A stretch of 21,026 bases of DNA from Candidatus Zixiibacteriota bacterium (GCA_041742355.1 JBGSIV010000092.1:1-21026); one strand, 5' to 3'. Shown: positions 7,940 to 17,171, counted from the first letter of the stretch. Numbers and translations are program-made. The notes: a model not told the origin generated them from the sequence alone.

Positions 7940-10294
7940 ATGCTGAAGCACTATATCCGCATAACCATTCGGCAATTCTCGCGACACCGCATCTCCACCG
8001 CCATCAGCCTCATCGGGCTCGCCGTGGCCATCGCCTGCGGGTTGCTCGTTCTCGCCTTCGTCCGCCACGAAAAGAGCTTCGACCGCTTCCACGAACACGC
8101 CGACCGGATTGTTCGCGTCTATGAAAAACAGGTCTACCCGACCGGCGACCTCTGGGTGGCCGTGACCCCCTACCCGCTGGCCCCAGCCCTCCAGCGTGAT
8201 TTCTCCGAGATAGAAGCGGCCGTCCGAGTCTACTACGGCCGCCAGTTGATCGTCAGCCGGGGAACCGACCGCTTCCTCCAGTACCCGCTCTTTGCCGACA
8301 GCCAGTTCTTCCGCCTCTTCTCCTATCGCTTCCGCGCCGGTGATCCTGCGACCGCTCTCGCCCTGAAGAACTCGGTGGTCATTTCCAGCGAGGTCGCCGG
8401 GAAACTCTTCCCAGATGAGAACCCCATCGGGAAACCGATCCAGGTCAACGGCATGCCCGACCTCACCGTGACCGGCGTCCTCGATCCGCTCCCCGCGAAC
8501 ACCCACCTGCGATTCGACCTGCTCGTCTCACTTCCCACTGTCAGCGACACCTGGCCGCCCGAGCAGAAAGAAGCCTGGGGAACCAACGCTTTCGTCACCT
8601 ACCTCCTGCTCGCCCCGGCGGTCAACCGCGCCGATTTCGATGCCCGCCTCGAGGGCAGTCTTAAAAAATACCGCGATGGCCAGGGGACCACGACTCTGTA
8701 TCCCCAGCCCTTGACCGACATCCACCTTGGGCCGTCGTTCGTTGCCGACAACGCGCAGCGCTCCGACCCCCAGCGAATTTCCCTCTTCATCTTTGCCGCC
8801 GTTCTTGTTCTCCTCATTGCCGGCCTGAATTTCGTCAACCTTGCGACCGCCCAGGCCAACCTGCGCTTCCGCGAATTGGGCGTCCGTAGCTGCCTCGGCG
8901 CCGCCCTCGGTGACCTGCGCCGACAGATCCTCTGCGAAACCGCCATCATCACCGGCCTTGCTTCCCTTTTGGCTCTTGCCATTGGAGAACTTGCCTACCC
9001 GCTCGGACAGAGCCTTTTCGGGACCTCGTTCCCCCGACAGGACCTGCTGAGCCTCCCGAGCTTTGCCGCCCTCGTCGCCGGCTGGATCCTCATCTCACTT
9101 GCAATCGGAACCTACCTCGGCCTTATCACCACCCGACGCACTACCATACGGTGGCTCAAGGTCCAGCCCTCCGGCCGAAGTCTCGTTCGCACCGTTCTCG
9201 TCATCTGTCAGTTCGTCGTCTCAATCGGCATGATCCTCGTCGCCCTCGTCATGGTCCGCCAGCAGAACCTCGCCATGGCCACCCGCCTCGGCGCCTCCGG
9301 TGAACAGATCCTCATCGTACCGCTCCGAAGCGATGACACCAGGGAGAAGACCGAGACTCTTCGCCAGGCCCTGCGAGCCGTCACCGGTGTCAAAGCCGTC
9401 ACCGCACTCGATCAGATTCCAAACGATATCGAGAACTCCTCCACCTTCGATTGGGAGGGCCAGCCCCCCGACCAGACCTTCCTCCTCAATGTATGCGGCG
9501 CCGATGAACACTTCTTCGCGACCTTTGGTGTTCGCCTGACCGAAGGCCGTGCCTACACCACCACCGAACAAGATGTCTGCATCCTCAATGAGGCGGCCGT
9601 CCGCAAGATCGGCTGGGACGATCCGATCGGCAAGGTGATCGGCTCGGGCCCCGATGCCCGTGCGACCGTCGTCGGCGTCGTCGAGGACTTTCACTTCACC
9701 TCTCTGCGCAATGAAATCGCCCCGCTTGTCATGTTCCCGCGCGAATCGCCGTCGGCCTACGGCCTTTTGGCGGTCAGCCTCGACCCGAATGACATCGGCG
9801 CCGCCGGCCGCGAAATCGAAAAGCGGTTCACGCAGATCTGCCCCGCGACGCCGTACTCCTCGTCGTTCTTCGACGAAACCTTCGCACGGCTCTATGCCGA
9901 GGAGATCCGCGCCCAGAAGCTCGTCGGCGCCTTCGCCGCTCTGGCTATCCTCCTGGCCTGCCTCGGACTCTACGGCCTCGCCATCTTCAGCCTCCAGCGC
10001 CGCACCAAGGAAATGGGCATTCGCAGAGTCTTCGGCGCCTCCATGCGCAACATCATCTCCCTCCATACCCGCGAACACGTCATCTGGCTCATCGCGGCCA
10101 ACGCCGTCGGCCTGACCCTCGGCCTCCTCGTCAGCCGGCACTGGCTGGAGCGTTTTGCCTACCGCACCTCTATCCCGTGGTGGCTGCTGGCTGCGGTCGC
10201 CGCTGCCTCCGTGCTCCTGGTCGCGCTGACCGTGGGCATCCAAACCATCCGCGCCGCCCGAACCAAACCGGTGGAATCACTGCGCTACGAATAA
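7940..10294 (+). CDS. ABC transporter permease, duplicated MacB-PCD/FtsX architecture (784 aa)
   Basis: Starts MLKHYIRITIR, contains SFDRFH, two large extracytoplasmic domains, FtsX-type motifs RFRELGVRSCLGA and RTKEMGIRRVFGA, and ends PVESLRYE. Confidence 0.94.
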   Translation: MLKHYIRITIRQFSRHRISTAISLIGLAVAIACGLLVLAFVRHEKSFDRFHEHADRIVRVYEKQVYPTGDLWVAVTPYPLAPALQRDFSEIEAAVRVYYGRQLIVSRGTDRFLQYPLFADSQFFRLFSYRFRAGDPATALALKNSVVISSEVAGKLFPDENPIGKPIQVNGMPDLTVTGVLDPLPANTHLRFDLLVSLPTVSDTWPPEQKEAWGTNAFVTYLLLAPAVNRADFDARLEGSLKKYRDGQGTTTLYPQPLTDIHLGPSFVADNAQRSDPQRISLFIFAAVLVLLIAGLNFVNLATAQANLRFRELGVRSCLGAALGDLRRQILCETAIITGLASLLALAIGELAYPLGQSLFGTSFPRQDLLSLPSFAALVAGWILISLAIGTYLGLITTRRTTIRWLKVQPSGRSLVRTVLVICQFVVSIGMILVALVMVRQQNLAMATRLGASGEQILIVPLRSDDTREKTETLRQALRAVTGVKAVTALDQIPNDIENSSTFDWEGQPPDQTFLLNVCGADEHFFATFGVRLTEGRAYTTTEQDVCILNEAAVRKIGWDDPIGKVIGSGPDARATVVGVVEDFHFTSLRNEIAPLVMFPRESPSAYGLLAVSLDPNDIGAAGREIEKRFTQICPATPYSSSFFDETFARLYAEEIRAQKLVGAFAALAILLACLGLYGLAIFSLQRRTKEMGIRRVFGASMRNIISLHTREHVIWLIAANAVGLTLGLLVSRHWLERFAYRTSIPWWLLAAVAAASVLLVALTVGIQTIRAARTKPVESLRYE

Positions 10295-10309
10295 ACGGAA
10301 AGCGAACCG

Positions 10310-10372
10310 ATGCTGCGTCACTATTTCTTTATAGGCCTGCGCCCTGAACCGATGAGGACCGACATATGCTGA
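10310..10372 (+). pseudogene. Probable remnant (first ~11 codons) of a third permease gene
   Basis: ATG CTG CGT CAC TAT TTC TTT ATA GGC CTG CGC = MLRHYFFIGLR, matching the N-termini of both flanking permeases (MLKHYIRITIR, MLKNYFLVAIR). The 20-codon ORF stops at TGA 10370-10372. Confidence 0.55.
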
Positions 10373-12759
10373 AGAATTACTTTCTCGTCGCTATCCGCAC
10401 CCTCCGGCGCGAGCGCCTCTACGCCGCAATCAATGTGTTCGGTCTCTCTCTCGGCCTGACCGTCTGCCTCCTCGTCTTCGCCTACGTCAAGCACGAACTG
10501 TCCTATGACCGCTTTCATGAGATGTCCGACCGCCTCCACCGCATCAACTACCTCACCCCCGGCAAGGGGGGAGAGGTGCACAGATCGGCCGGCACCGCGT
10601 TCGTCCTGGCGCCGATCCTGCGCGAACAGGTGCCCGAAATCGAGGCTGTCGTGGCGACGGCCGACATCCCCGAGGCCATCGTCCGATCCCGCACCGAGAG
10701 CTTTCGCGAACCGCTCCTCTTCGCCGACTCCCAGTTCTTCTCTGTCTTCACCTTCCCGCTCGCCGAGGGAAACGCCGGAACCGCCCTGCAGGATCCCAAC
10801 TCCGTCGTTCTGAGCGAACGCCTTGCCGCCAAGTATTTCGGCGGTGAACCCGCCCTGGGCAGACAGCTGTCGATCGAGGTACGGGGGAAAACCGAGCCAT
10901 ACACCGTCACCGGCGTCTGCACGAATGTCCCCGGCAACTCCTCCTTTGAATTCGACCTCGTCGTACCGCTCCGCAAACTGTACTCGCTCTATGCCGGGAC
11001 GTTCGAATTCGGCTGGAACCTCACCTGGCCGAGCACCTGCGTCCTGCTCCGCCCCGACGCTTCGGTCACAACGGTCAACGCGAAACTCGCCGCCCTCGCC
11101 GACGGACTGCCGATCAATGCCGCCGATCAGCCCAAAGCACTCCTCGGACTCCAGCCCCTCTCCGAAATCCATTTCGATTACGGTGTCGACAACGCCCCCG
11201 CTAACGCCGGCAACCCCCGCTACTCCGCGATCCTCGCCGCCATCGCCATCCTCGTCCTCGTTCTGGCCTGCATCAACTTCACCACCCTGGCGGTCGGACG
11301 ATCCCAGACCCGGACAAAAGAAACCGGCATACGCAAAGTCCTCGGCGCCCGGCCTTCGCAACTCCTCGGCCGCTTTCTCTCCGAAGCCGCCGTCCTCTGC
11401 ACTCTCGCCACCGTCGCCGCATTCATGCTCGCCGAACTCACCCTCCCCGCATTCAACGAACTCTCCGGCAAACGCATCGAGCGCGGTTCCCTGCTTGATC
11501 TCACCACCTTCGCCGGGGCCATGATCCTGATCATCCTCACCAGCCTCCTCGCCGGCGGCTACCCGGCCCTCGTCCTCGCCCGCACCCGCCTCCGCGACAC
11601 CGTCCGGGGAAGAGCTATCCTCCTGACCGGCGGCGCCCTGACTCGCAGCCTGATTGTCCTGCAGTTCGGCCTTTCCATCGCCCTGATCGTCTCCACGCTC
11701 GTCATGGCTAATCAGCTGCGCTACATGCAGACCGTCCCCATCGGTTTCGACCGGGAACACCTCCTGCTGGTCAAACTCGCCGGTCCCGGCGCCGAAAAAC
11801 TGCGCATGGTCGAACTGCTCCGAAACGACCTCGCCGCCAACCCCGATATCGTTGCGATCAGCGCGGCCGGACGGAGCTTCGATGGCCGCGGCATGGCCAA
11901 CTCGGACTACCTCCCGGATTCGACCCTGTTCACCGCCTACTTCAACCCGGCCGACCAGTACTTCGTGCAGACCATGGGACTGTCGATCATCGAAGGCACT
12001 AACTTCACCGGCAGCACCCTCCCCGATTCGCTCGAACCCCTCCTCGTCAACGAAACCCTCGTGCGGGAATTGGGCTGGAATTCCGCTCTCGGACGGGCCG
12101 TCCCCGGCCTCAACGGCGGCCGCGTGATCGGCGTGGTCAACGACTTCAACTATCAGTCGCTTGTGGATCCCATCGCGCCGCTCGTAATCCCCTTCGCCAA
12201 CGCGGAGAGCTGGGGGGGCGATGTTCGCTATGCCTACTTCCGGCTCAAAAACGAACACCTGGGCAGGACCGTCGACGCGATCCACGGGGCCTGGCGCCGC
12301 GTCACCCCGCAACTGCCCTTTGATTACCAGTTCATGGATGAACACATCGATGCCCAGTACCGCTTCGAACAGCGCTGGTCGAAAGTGGTCGCCTACGCCT
12401 CCGGTATGGCGATCCTCGTCGCCTGCTTCGGGGCCTTCGGACTCACCGCTCTCGCCGTCGCCCGACGGCGCAAGGAAATCGGCGTCCGCAAAGTGCTCGG
12501 CGCCTCCGGCAGCCAGATCGTCCGCCTGCTCAACCGCGAATTCGTCTGGCTTGTCATCGCGGGCAACCTGCTCGCCTGGCCCGCGGCGTACTTCGTCGCG
12601 CAGAAGTGGCTGGAGGGATTCGCCTACCGCACCTCCCTGTCGGTCTGGCCGTTCCTGCTGGCCGCCGCCGCCACGCTCGTCATTGTGATTCTGACCGTCT
12701 CGGCCCAGGCCGTTCGCGCCGTGCTGGCCAACCCCGTGGAGTCCCTCCGCTACGAATGA
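10366..12759 (+). CDS. ABC transporter permease, duplicated MacB-PCD/FtsX architecture (797 aa)
   Basis: GAGGA RBS. Starts MLKNYFLVAIR, contains ELSYDRFH, RTKETGIRKVLGA and RRKEIGVRKVLGA, and ends NPVESLRYE. Paralogue of 7940..10294. Confidence 0.95.
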   Translation: MLKNYFLVAIRTLRRERLYAAINVFGLSLGLTVCLLVFAYVKHELSYDRFHEMSDRLHRINYLTPGKGGEVHRSAGTAFVLAPILREQVPEIEAVVATADIPEAIVRSRTESFREPLLFADSQFFSVFTFPLAEGNAGTALQDPNSVVLSERLAAKYFGGEPALGRQLSIEVRGKTEPYTVTGVCTNVPGNSSFEFDLVVPLRKLYSLYAGTFEFGWNLTWPSTCVLLRPDASVTTVNAKLAALADGLPINAADQPKALLGLQPLSEIHFDYGVDNAPANAGNPRYSAILAAIAILVLVLACINFTTLAVGRSQTRTKETGIRKVLGARPSQLLGRFLSEAAVLCTLATVAAFMLAELTLPAFNELSGKRIERGSLLDLTTFAGAMILIILTSLLAGGYPALVLARTRLRDTVRGRAILLTGGALTRSLIVLQFGLSIALIVSTLVMANQLRYMQTVPIGFDREHLLLVKLAGPGAEKLRMVELLRNDLAANPDIVAISAAGRSFDGRGMANSDYLPDSTLFTAYFNPADQYFVQTMGLSIIEGTNFTGSTLPDSLEPLLVNETLVRELGWNSALGRAVPGLNGGRVIGVVNDFNYQSLVDPIAPLVIPFANAESWGGDVRYAYFRLKNEHLGRTVDAIHGAWRRVTPQLPFDYQFMDEHIDAQYRFEQRWSKVVAYASGMAILVACFGAFGLTALAVARRRKEIGVRKVLGASGSQIVRLLNREFVWLVIAGNLLAWPAAYFVAQKWLEGFAYRTSLSVWPFLLAAAATLVIVILTVSAQAVRAVLANPVESLRYE

Positions 12760-12782
12760 AACCGGAACAGAGGATTATAACC

Positions 12783-13499
12783 ATGCTCTCCGCGAAAGCC
12801 GACCCGAATCGCAAATCTCCGTTGCCGGATGACAATGCCCTCATCCGCATGACCGGCATCTACCGCTACTACCAGACCGGAGCAGGGAAGACGTTCGTCC
12901 TCAACGGCATCGACCTCGCCATCCAGCCCGGCGAATTCGTCTCTATCATGGGCCCCTCCGGCGCCGGTAAATCCACCCTCCTGCACATCATCGGCCTGCT
13001 CGATGAACCCAACGACGGCGCCTACTTCCTCCTCGGGCAGGATGTCACCCGCCTCAAGGAGAAAGAACGTGCCGAGATCCACAAGCAGGCGATCGGCTTC
13101 GTCTTCCAGAGCTACCACCTCATCGACGAACTCACCGTCTCCGAAAATCTCGAGACACCCCTTCTGTACAAAGGCCTCGCCAAAGCCGAACGCAAGTCCC
13201 TCGTTGCCGACACCCTCGACCGCTTCCAGATCGTCGGCAAGAAAGACCTGTTCCCTTCCCAGCTTTCGGGCGGTCAGCAGCAACTGGTCGGCGTCGCCCG
13301 CGCGGTGATCACCAAACCGAAAATCATCCTCGCCGATGAACCCACCGGCAACCTCAACACCGCCCAGGGGGAGGAGATCATGCAGCTTTTTAAGCGGCTC
13401 AACACTGAGGGTACAACGATTATTCAGGTAACACATTCAGAGCGCAACGCCTCCTATGGCTCGCGGATCATCAACCTCATCGACGGCCGGATTGCGTAG
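12783..13499 (+). CDS. Second ABC transporter ATP-binding protein (LolD/MacB-type)
   Basis: AGAGGA RBS before ATG 12783 (the track start 12606 overlaps the permease). Motifs GPSGAGKS, GFVFQSYHL, LSGGQQQLVGVARA, ILADEPTGNLN, QVTH. Confidence 0.94.
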   Translation: MLSAKADPNRKSPLPDDNALIRMTGIYRYYQTGAGKTFVLNGIDLAIQPGEFVSIMGPSGAGKSTLLHIIGLLDEPNDGAYFLLGQDVTRLKEKERAEIHKQAIGFVFQSYHLIDELTVSENLETPLLYKGLAKAERKSLVADTLDRFQIVGKKDLFPSQLSGGQQQLVGVARAVITKPKIILADEPTGNLNTAQGEEIMQLFKRLNTEGTTIIQVTHSERNASYGSRIINLIDGRIA

Positions 13500-13646
13500 A
13501 GCTGCCGGCTGGGGAGAAGGCATGTTGGGGAACGGCTCGACCGGAAGTTTTCTTTGGCACTCCGCCCTCGCCTTGCCTACGTTACCGTAATCAGAGCCGG
13601 AACGACCGGATCTGCTTCACGCAGCACAAACAGGAGCGGTCCCGGA

Positions 13647-14579
13647 ATGGGTATCAACACCAGCATCCTCAATGCCATTGGCAACACCTCCCTCGTGCAA
13701 TTGCGCCACGTCGTGCCCGACAGCTGCGCGCCCATCTTCGTCAAACTCGAGTGGGAAAACCCCACCGGCAGCATGAAAGACCGCACTGCCCTCGCGATGA
13801 TTTCGCGCGCCGAGGAAGACGGCCGCCTCAAACCCGGCGACACCATCGTCGAATACACCGGCGGCAGCACCGGCATCTCGCTCGCCCTCGTCGCCGCCGC
13901 CAGGGGCTACCGCCTTCACATCGTCACCTCCGACGCTTTCAGCGAAGATAAACGCCGCCAGATGGCCGCTTATGGCGCGGAACTGACCCTCGTCCCCAGC
14001 GAAGGCGGCCTGACAACCAAAAAGCTCATTCTCGACATGATCGAAACCGCCCGCGCCATCGCCGACCGTCCCCACACCTACTGGACCAACCAGCTCTCCA
14101 ACACCGACAGCATCGCCGGCTACTACCCGCTCGGCGAGGAGATCTGGAGTCAGACCGATGGCCGCGTTACCGCCTTCGTCCACTGCGCCGGCACCGCCGC
14201 CTCCTCGCGCGGCGTCGCCACTATCTTGAAACGCCACAACCCGCACATCCATATCGCCGTCGTCGAACCGGCCGAATCCGCCGTCCTCTCCGGCGGCCAA
14301 CCCGGCCCGCACAAGATCGAGGGCGTCGGCATCGGCTACACGCCGCCCCTTTGGGATCCGAGCGTCGTCGATGAAATCATCCCCGTCGCCACCTCCGACG
14401 CCAAAGCCATGACCCGCCGCCTCGCCAAAGAAGAAGGCCTCTTCGCCGGGACCTCCTCCGGCGCCAACGTCATCGCCGCGCTCCGCGTTGCGGAGCGGCT
14501 AGGCCCTGACGCCACCGTCGTCACCCTCATGTGCGATTCCGGCTTGAAATACATGAGCACCGACGTGTTCCGGGCCTAG
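13647..14579 (+). CDS. PLP-dependent cysteine synthase-family (CysK/CBS-like) enzyme with atypical motifs
   Basis: CAGGAG RBS before ATG 13647. Motifs IGNTSLV, KLEWENPTGSMKDR (PLP lysine), HKIEGVG, EEGLFAGTSSGAN, DSGLKYMST. The substrate loop is EYTGGSTG and the phosphate loop is GTAAS. Confidence 0.88.
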   Translation: MGINTSILNAIGNTSLVQLRHVVPDSCAPIFVKLEWENPTGSMKDRTALAMISRAEEDGRLKPGDTIVEYTGGSTGISLALVAAARGYRLHIVTSDAFSEDKRRQMAAYGAELTLVPSEGGLTTKKLILDMIETARAIADRPHTYWTNQLSNTDSIAGYYPLGEEIWSQTDGRVTAFVHCAGTAASSRGVATILKRHNPHIHIAVVEPAESAVLSGGQPGPHKIEGVGIGYTPPLWDPSVVDEIIPVATSDAKAMTRRLAKEEGLFAGTSSGANVIAALRVAERLGPDATVVTLMCDSGLKYMSTDVFRA

Positions 14580-14593
14580 GGTCATCCGCCGAC

Positions 14594-14631
14594 CCGTCTT
14601 CTTCCGACGCTGCGTACGCCTGAGGAGACGG
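14594..14631 (+). terminator. Imperfect stem-loop after the cysteine synthase-like gene; weak terminator or RNA-stability candidate
   Basis: CCGTCTTCTT can pair with GAGGAGACGG using G-U pairs. It is followed by ACGTTCTTC, with no true poly-U tail. Confidence 0.3.
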
Positions 14632-14652
14632 ACGTTCTTCACCGCAAAGGCC

Positions 14653-14681
14653 TTGCACTCCATGCTCCCGCACGATATATT
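14653..14681 (+). promoter_or_regulatory. Sigma70-type promoter of the cco cluster
   Basis: TTGCAC-17 bp-TATATT, with the -10 box 84 bp upstream of the ccoI start, in an AT-richer intergenic region. Confidence 0.65.
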
Positions 14682-14765
14682 GGCCCAAAAGATGACTAAA
14701 GTGGGTACGTTAAATACACTTTTTGGTGTAGATTCCGCCCGCTGCGAACGTGAAGTCGTGCCACC

Positions 14766-17171
14766 GTGCCTGAACCGACCACTGCTGTATCAACCCCCTG
14801 CGCCCACTGCGGCGAAGCCTGCCGGAAAGGATCCGTTACGGCGGGCGACCTCATGTTCTGTTGCCCCGGATGCAAAGCGGTATATGAACTGCTCCACGCC
14901 GCCGAACTGGGCGACTACTACCGTCGGGACGCCTTCCCGGGCCTCAAGCCCGAGTCCTCCGCCGAATTCGCCTACCTCGACGACCCTGATGTCGCCCGAC
15001 AGCTCCTTGACTTCAGCGACCGGCGCTTCTCCCGCATAACGTTCACCATCCCCCAGATGCACTGCGCCTCCTGCATCTGGCTGCTCGAAAACCTCTACCG
15101 CCTCAAAGACGGTGTCAGCCGCAGCACGGTCAATTTCCCGCGCCGTCAGCTCACCGTCCTCTTCGAGCACGACCGCATCAGCCTTCGCCAACTTGTCGAA
15201 CTGCTGACCGGCATCGGCTACGAACCGGTCCTCCGCCTCGACCAGCTCGACCGCCCCAAAACCAGGAGCCGCCAGCGCTCCTACGCGCTCAAGATCGGCG
15301 TCGCCGGATTCTGCTTCGGCAACATCATGCTCCTGAGCTTTCCGCACTACCTCGGCGCCGATGAACTGGTGAACACCGCCTTCCCGACGATTTTCAAGTA
15401 TGTCATGCTGGCCCTGGCCCTGCCTGTCCTCTTCTACTCGGCGAGCGAGTACTTCCGCAACGCCTGGAGCGGCCTGCGCTCCCGCATGCTCACCATCGAC
15501 TTCCCGCTCGCCCTCGGCATTGCCGCCCTTTTCGGCCGAAGTCTCTTTGACATCATCACCGGAATCGGCCCCGGCTACCTCGACTCGTTCTCGGGCCTGG
15601 TCTTCTTCCTGCTCATCGGGCGGTTCTTCCAGCAGCGCACCTACGACCAGCTATCCTTCGACCGCGACTACAAAGCCTACTTTCCCGCCGCCGTCACCCG
15701 CAAAACCCCGACAGGGGAGACCAGTACCGCCATCAGCAAACTCGCCCTCGGCGACCGTATCATCGTCCGCCACGGCGAACTCATCCCCGCCGACTCGATC
15801 CTCATCGACGGCGACGGCTACATCGACTACAGCTTCGTCACCGGCGAAGCAGCTCCGCAGCAGGCCTCCAGCGGCGACCGCGTCCAGGCCGGCGGCCGCC
15901 AGATGGGCACCGCGATCGAGGTCGAGGTCGTCCGCGAGGTCTCCCAGAGCTACCTCACCAGCCTCTGGAACAGCGCCTCGTTCCAGACTGACACCCCCCG
16001 CACCATGACCTCGCTCGCCGACTACCTCAGCCGCTGGTTCACCGCCGCTGTTCTGACTATCACCGCTGCCACCTTTGCTTACTGGGTTCGCCTCGACAGC
16101 ACCGCCGCGCTCAACAACGCCGTCGCCGTGCTCGTGGTCGCTTGTCCCTGCGCCCTGGCCCTGGCCAGCCCTTTCATACTCAGTTCCGTGATGCGCGTCT
16201 TTGGCCGCCACGGCCTCTACCTGAAAAACCCCGCCGTCGCCGAAGCGATGGCCGCCGCCAACACTATCGTCTTTGACAAAACCGGCACCCTCACCTCCCC
16301 GGAGCCGACCGACCTTACCTTCGACGGCGCTCCTCTCACCGACATGGAGCAGCGACTGATCAAGGCGCTCGTGCGCAACTCGACCCATCCCGTCTCGCGC
16401 CGTATCGAGAAGTTCGTCACCGGGGAGACACTCCCCGTACAAAACTATGACGAAACCCCGGGGCAGGGTATCACCGGCACTATCGACAACCACACCCTTC
16501 ACCTTGGCCGGGCTGATTGGGTCGCTGATGCGGGGGAGATGCCGGTCAACAACCCGTACGACCGCACTCCGGCCACCTACCTGACCATTGACCGCGTACC
16601 GCGCGGACGATTCCTCTTTGGATCGGCCTGGCGCGACGGCGTCGCACAGCACCTGCCGTCCCTCACCTCGGCCTATCGGGTCGCTGTTCTTTCCGGCGAT
16701 ACCGATCGCGAAAGGCCTCTGCTTGAGAAGCTCTTCGGTGCGGATACCGGCATGGCGTTCAACCAGTCACCGCATGACAAACTGGCCCGTGTCGAGCGCC
16801 TGCAGGCCGACGGACACAGCGTCATTATGATCGGCGACGGTCTCAATGACGCCGGCGCCCTGCGCGCCGCGGATGTCGGCATCGCCGTCTCCGATGACAC
16901 CGCAGGCTTCTCCCCGGCCTGCGACGCTATCCTCGACGCCGGCAGCATTGGCCGCCTTCCCCGATTCCTGCGCCTCTCCCGCCTCGGCGTCCGACTAATT
17001 CAAGTTAGCTTTGTGATTTCATTGGCTTATAATATCGTCGGACTCGGCTTCGCCGTCACCGGCCACCTGTCCCCCCTGGTGTCGGCGATCCTGATGCCCA
17101 TAAGCTCGATTTCAGTCGTCGGGTTTGCAACCCTCGCAACTTCACTTGCCTCCCGACGGACAGGATTGTAG
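14766..17171 (+). CDS. ccoI: CcoI/FixI P1B-type copper-transporting ATPase for cbb3 oxidase assembly
   Basis: N-terminal CAHCG...FCCPGCKAVY, HMA motif MHCASC, A-domain TGE, CPC, DKTGT, HP, GDGLND, TM YN and MPISS copper-type motifs. First gene of the cco cluster; GTG start. Confidence 0.93.
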   Translation: MPEPTTAVSTPCAHCGEACRKGSVTAGDLMFCCPGCKAVYELLHAAELGDYYRRDAFPGLKPESSAEFAYLDDPDVARQLLDFSDRRFSRITFTIPQMHCASCIWLLENLYRLKDGVSRSTVNFPRRQLTVLFEHDRISLRQLVELLTGIGYEPVLRLDQLDRPKTRSRQRSYALKIGVAGFCFGNIMLLSFPHYLGADELVNTAFPTIFKYVMLALALPVLFYSASEYFRNAWSGLRSRMLTIDFPLALGIAALFGRSLFDIITGIGPGYLDSFSGLVFFLLIGRFFQQRTYDQLSFDRDYKAYFPAAVTRKTPTGETSTAISKLALGDRIIVRHGELIPADSILIDGDGYIDYSFVTGEAAPQQASSGDRVQAGGRQMGTAIEVEVVREVSQSYLTSLWNSASFQTDTPRTMTSLADYLSRWFTAAVLTITAATFAYWVRLDSTAALNNAVAVLVVACPCALALASPFILSSVMRVFGRHGLYLKNPAVAEAMAAANTIVFDKTGTLTSPEPTDLTFDGAPLTDMEQRLIKALVRNSTHPVSRRIEKFVTGETLPVQNYDETPGQGITGTIDNHTLHLGRADWVADAGEMPVNNPYDRTPATYLTIDRVPRGRFLFGSAWRDGVAQHLPSLTSAYRVAVLSGDTDRERPLLEKLFGADTGMAFNQSPHDKLARVERLQADGHSVIMIGDGLNDAGALRAADVGIAVSDDTAGFSPACDAILDAGSIGRLPRFLRLSRLGVRLIQVSFVISLAYNIVGLGFAVTGHLSPLVSAILMPISSISVVGFATLATSLASRRTGL

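Noticed and set aside
12606..12782. Upstream extension of the second ATPase ORF
   Set aside because: It overlaps the permease 2 3' end; the RBS supports ATG 12783.
9221..13436. Long minus-strand ORFs 9221..10243, 10321..12345 and 12750..13436
   Set aside because: Antisense shadows of well-supported transporter genes, caused by codon bias.
13553..13583. TTGGCAC as a second sigma54 promoter, or TTG 13554 as the start of the cysteine synthase-like gene
   Set aside because: There is no TTGC/TTGA at the required -12 spacing, and the RBS and family motifs support ATG 13647.
14653..15039. 128-aa plus-strand ORF overlapping the ccoI start
   Set aside because: It begins inside the predicted -35 box, is off-frame to ccoI, and has low-complexity Ser/Pro/Thr content.
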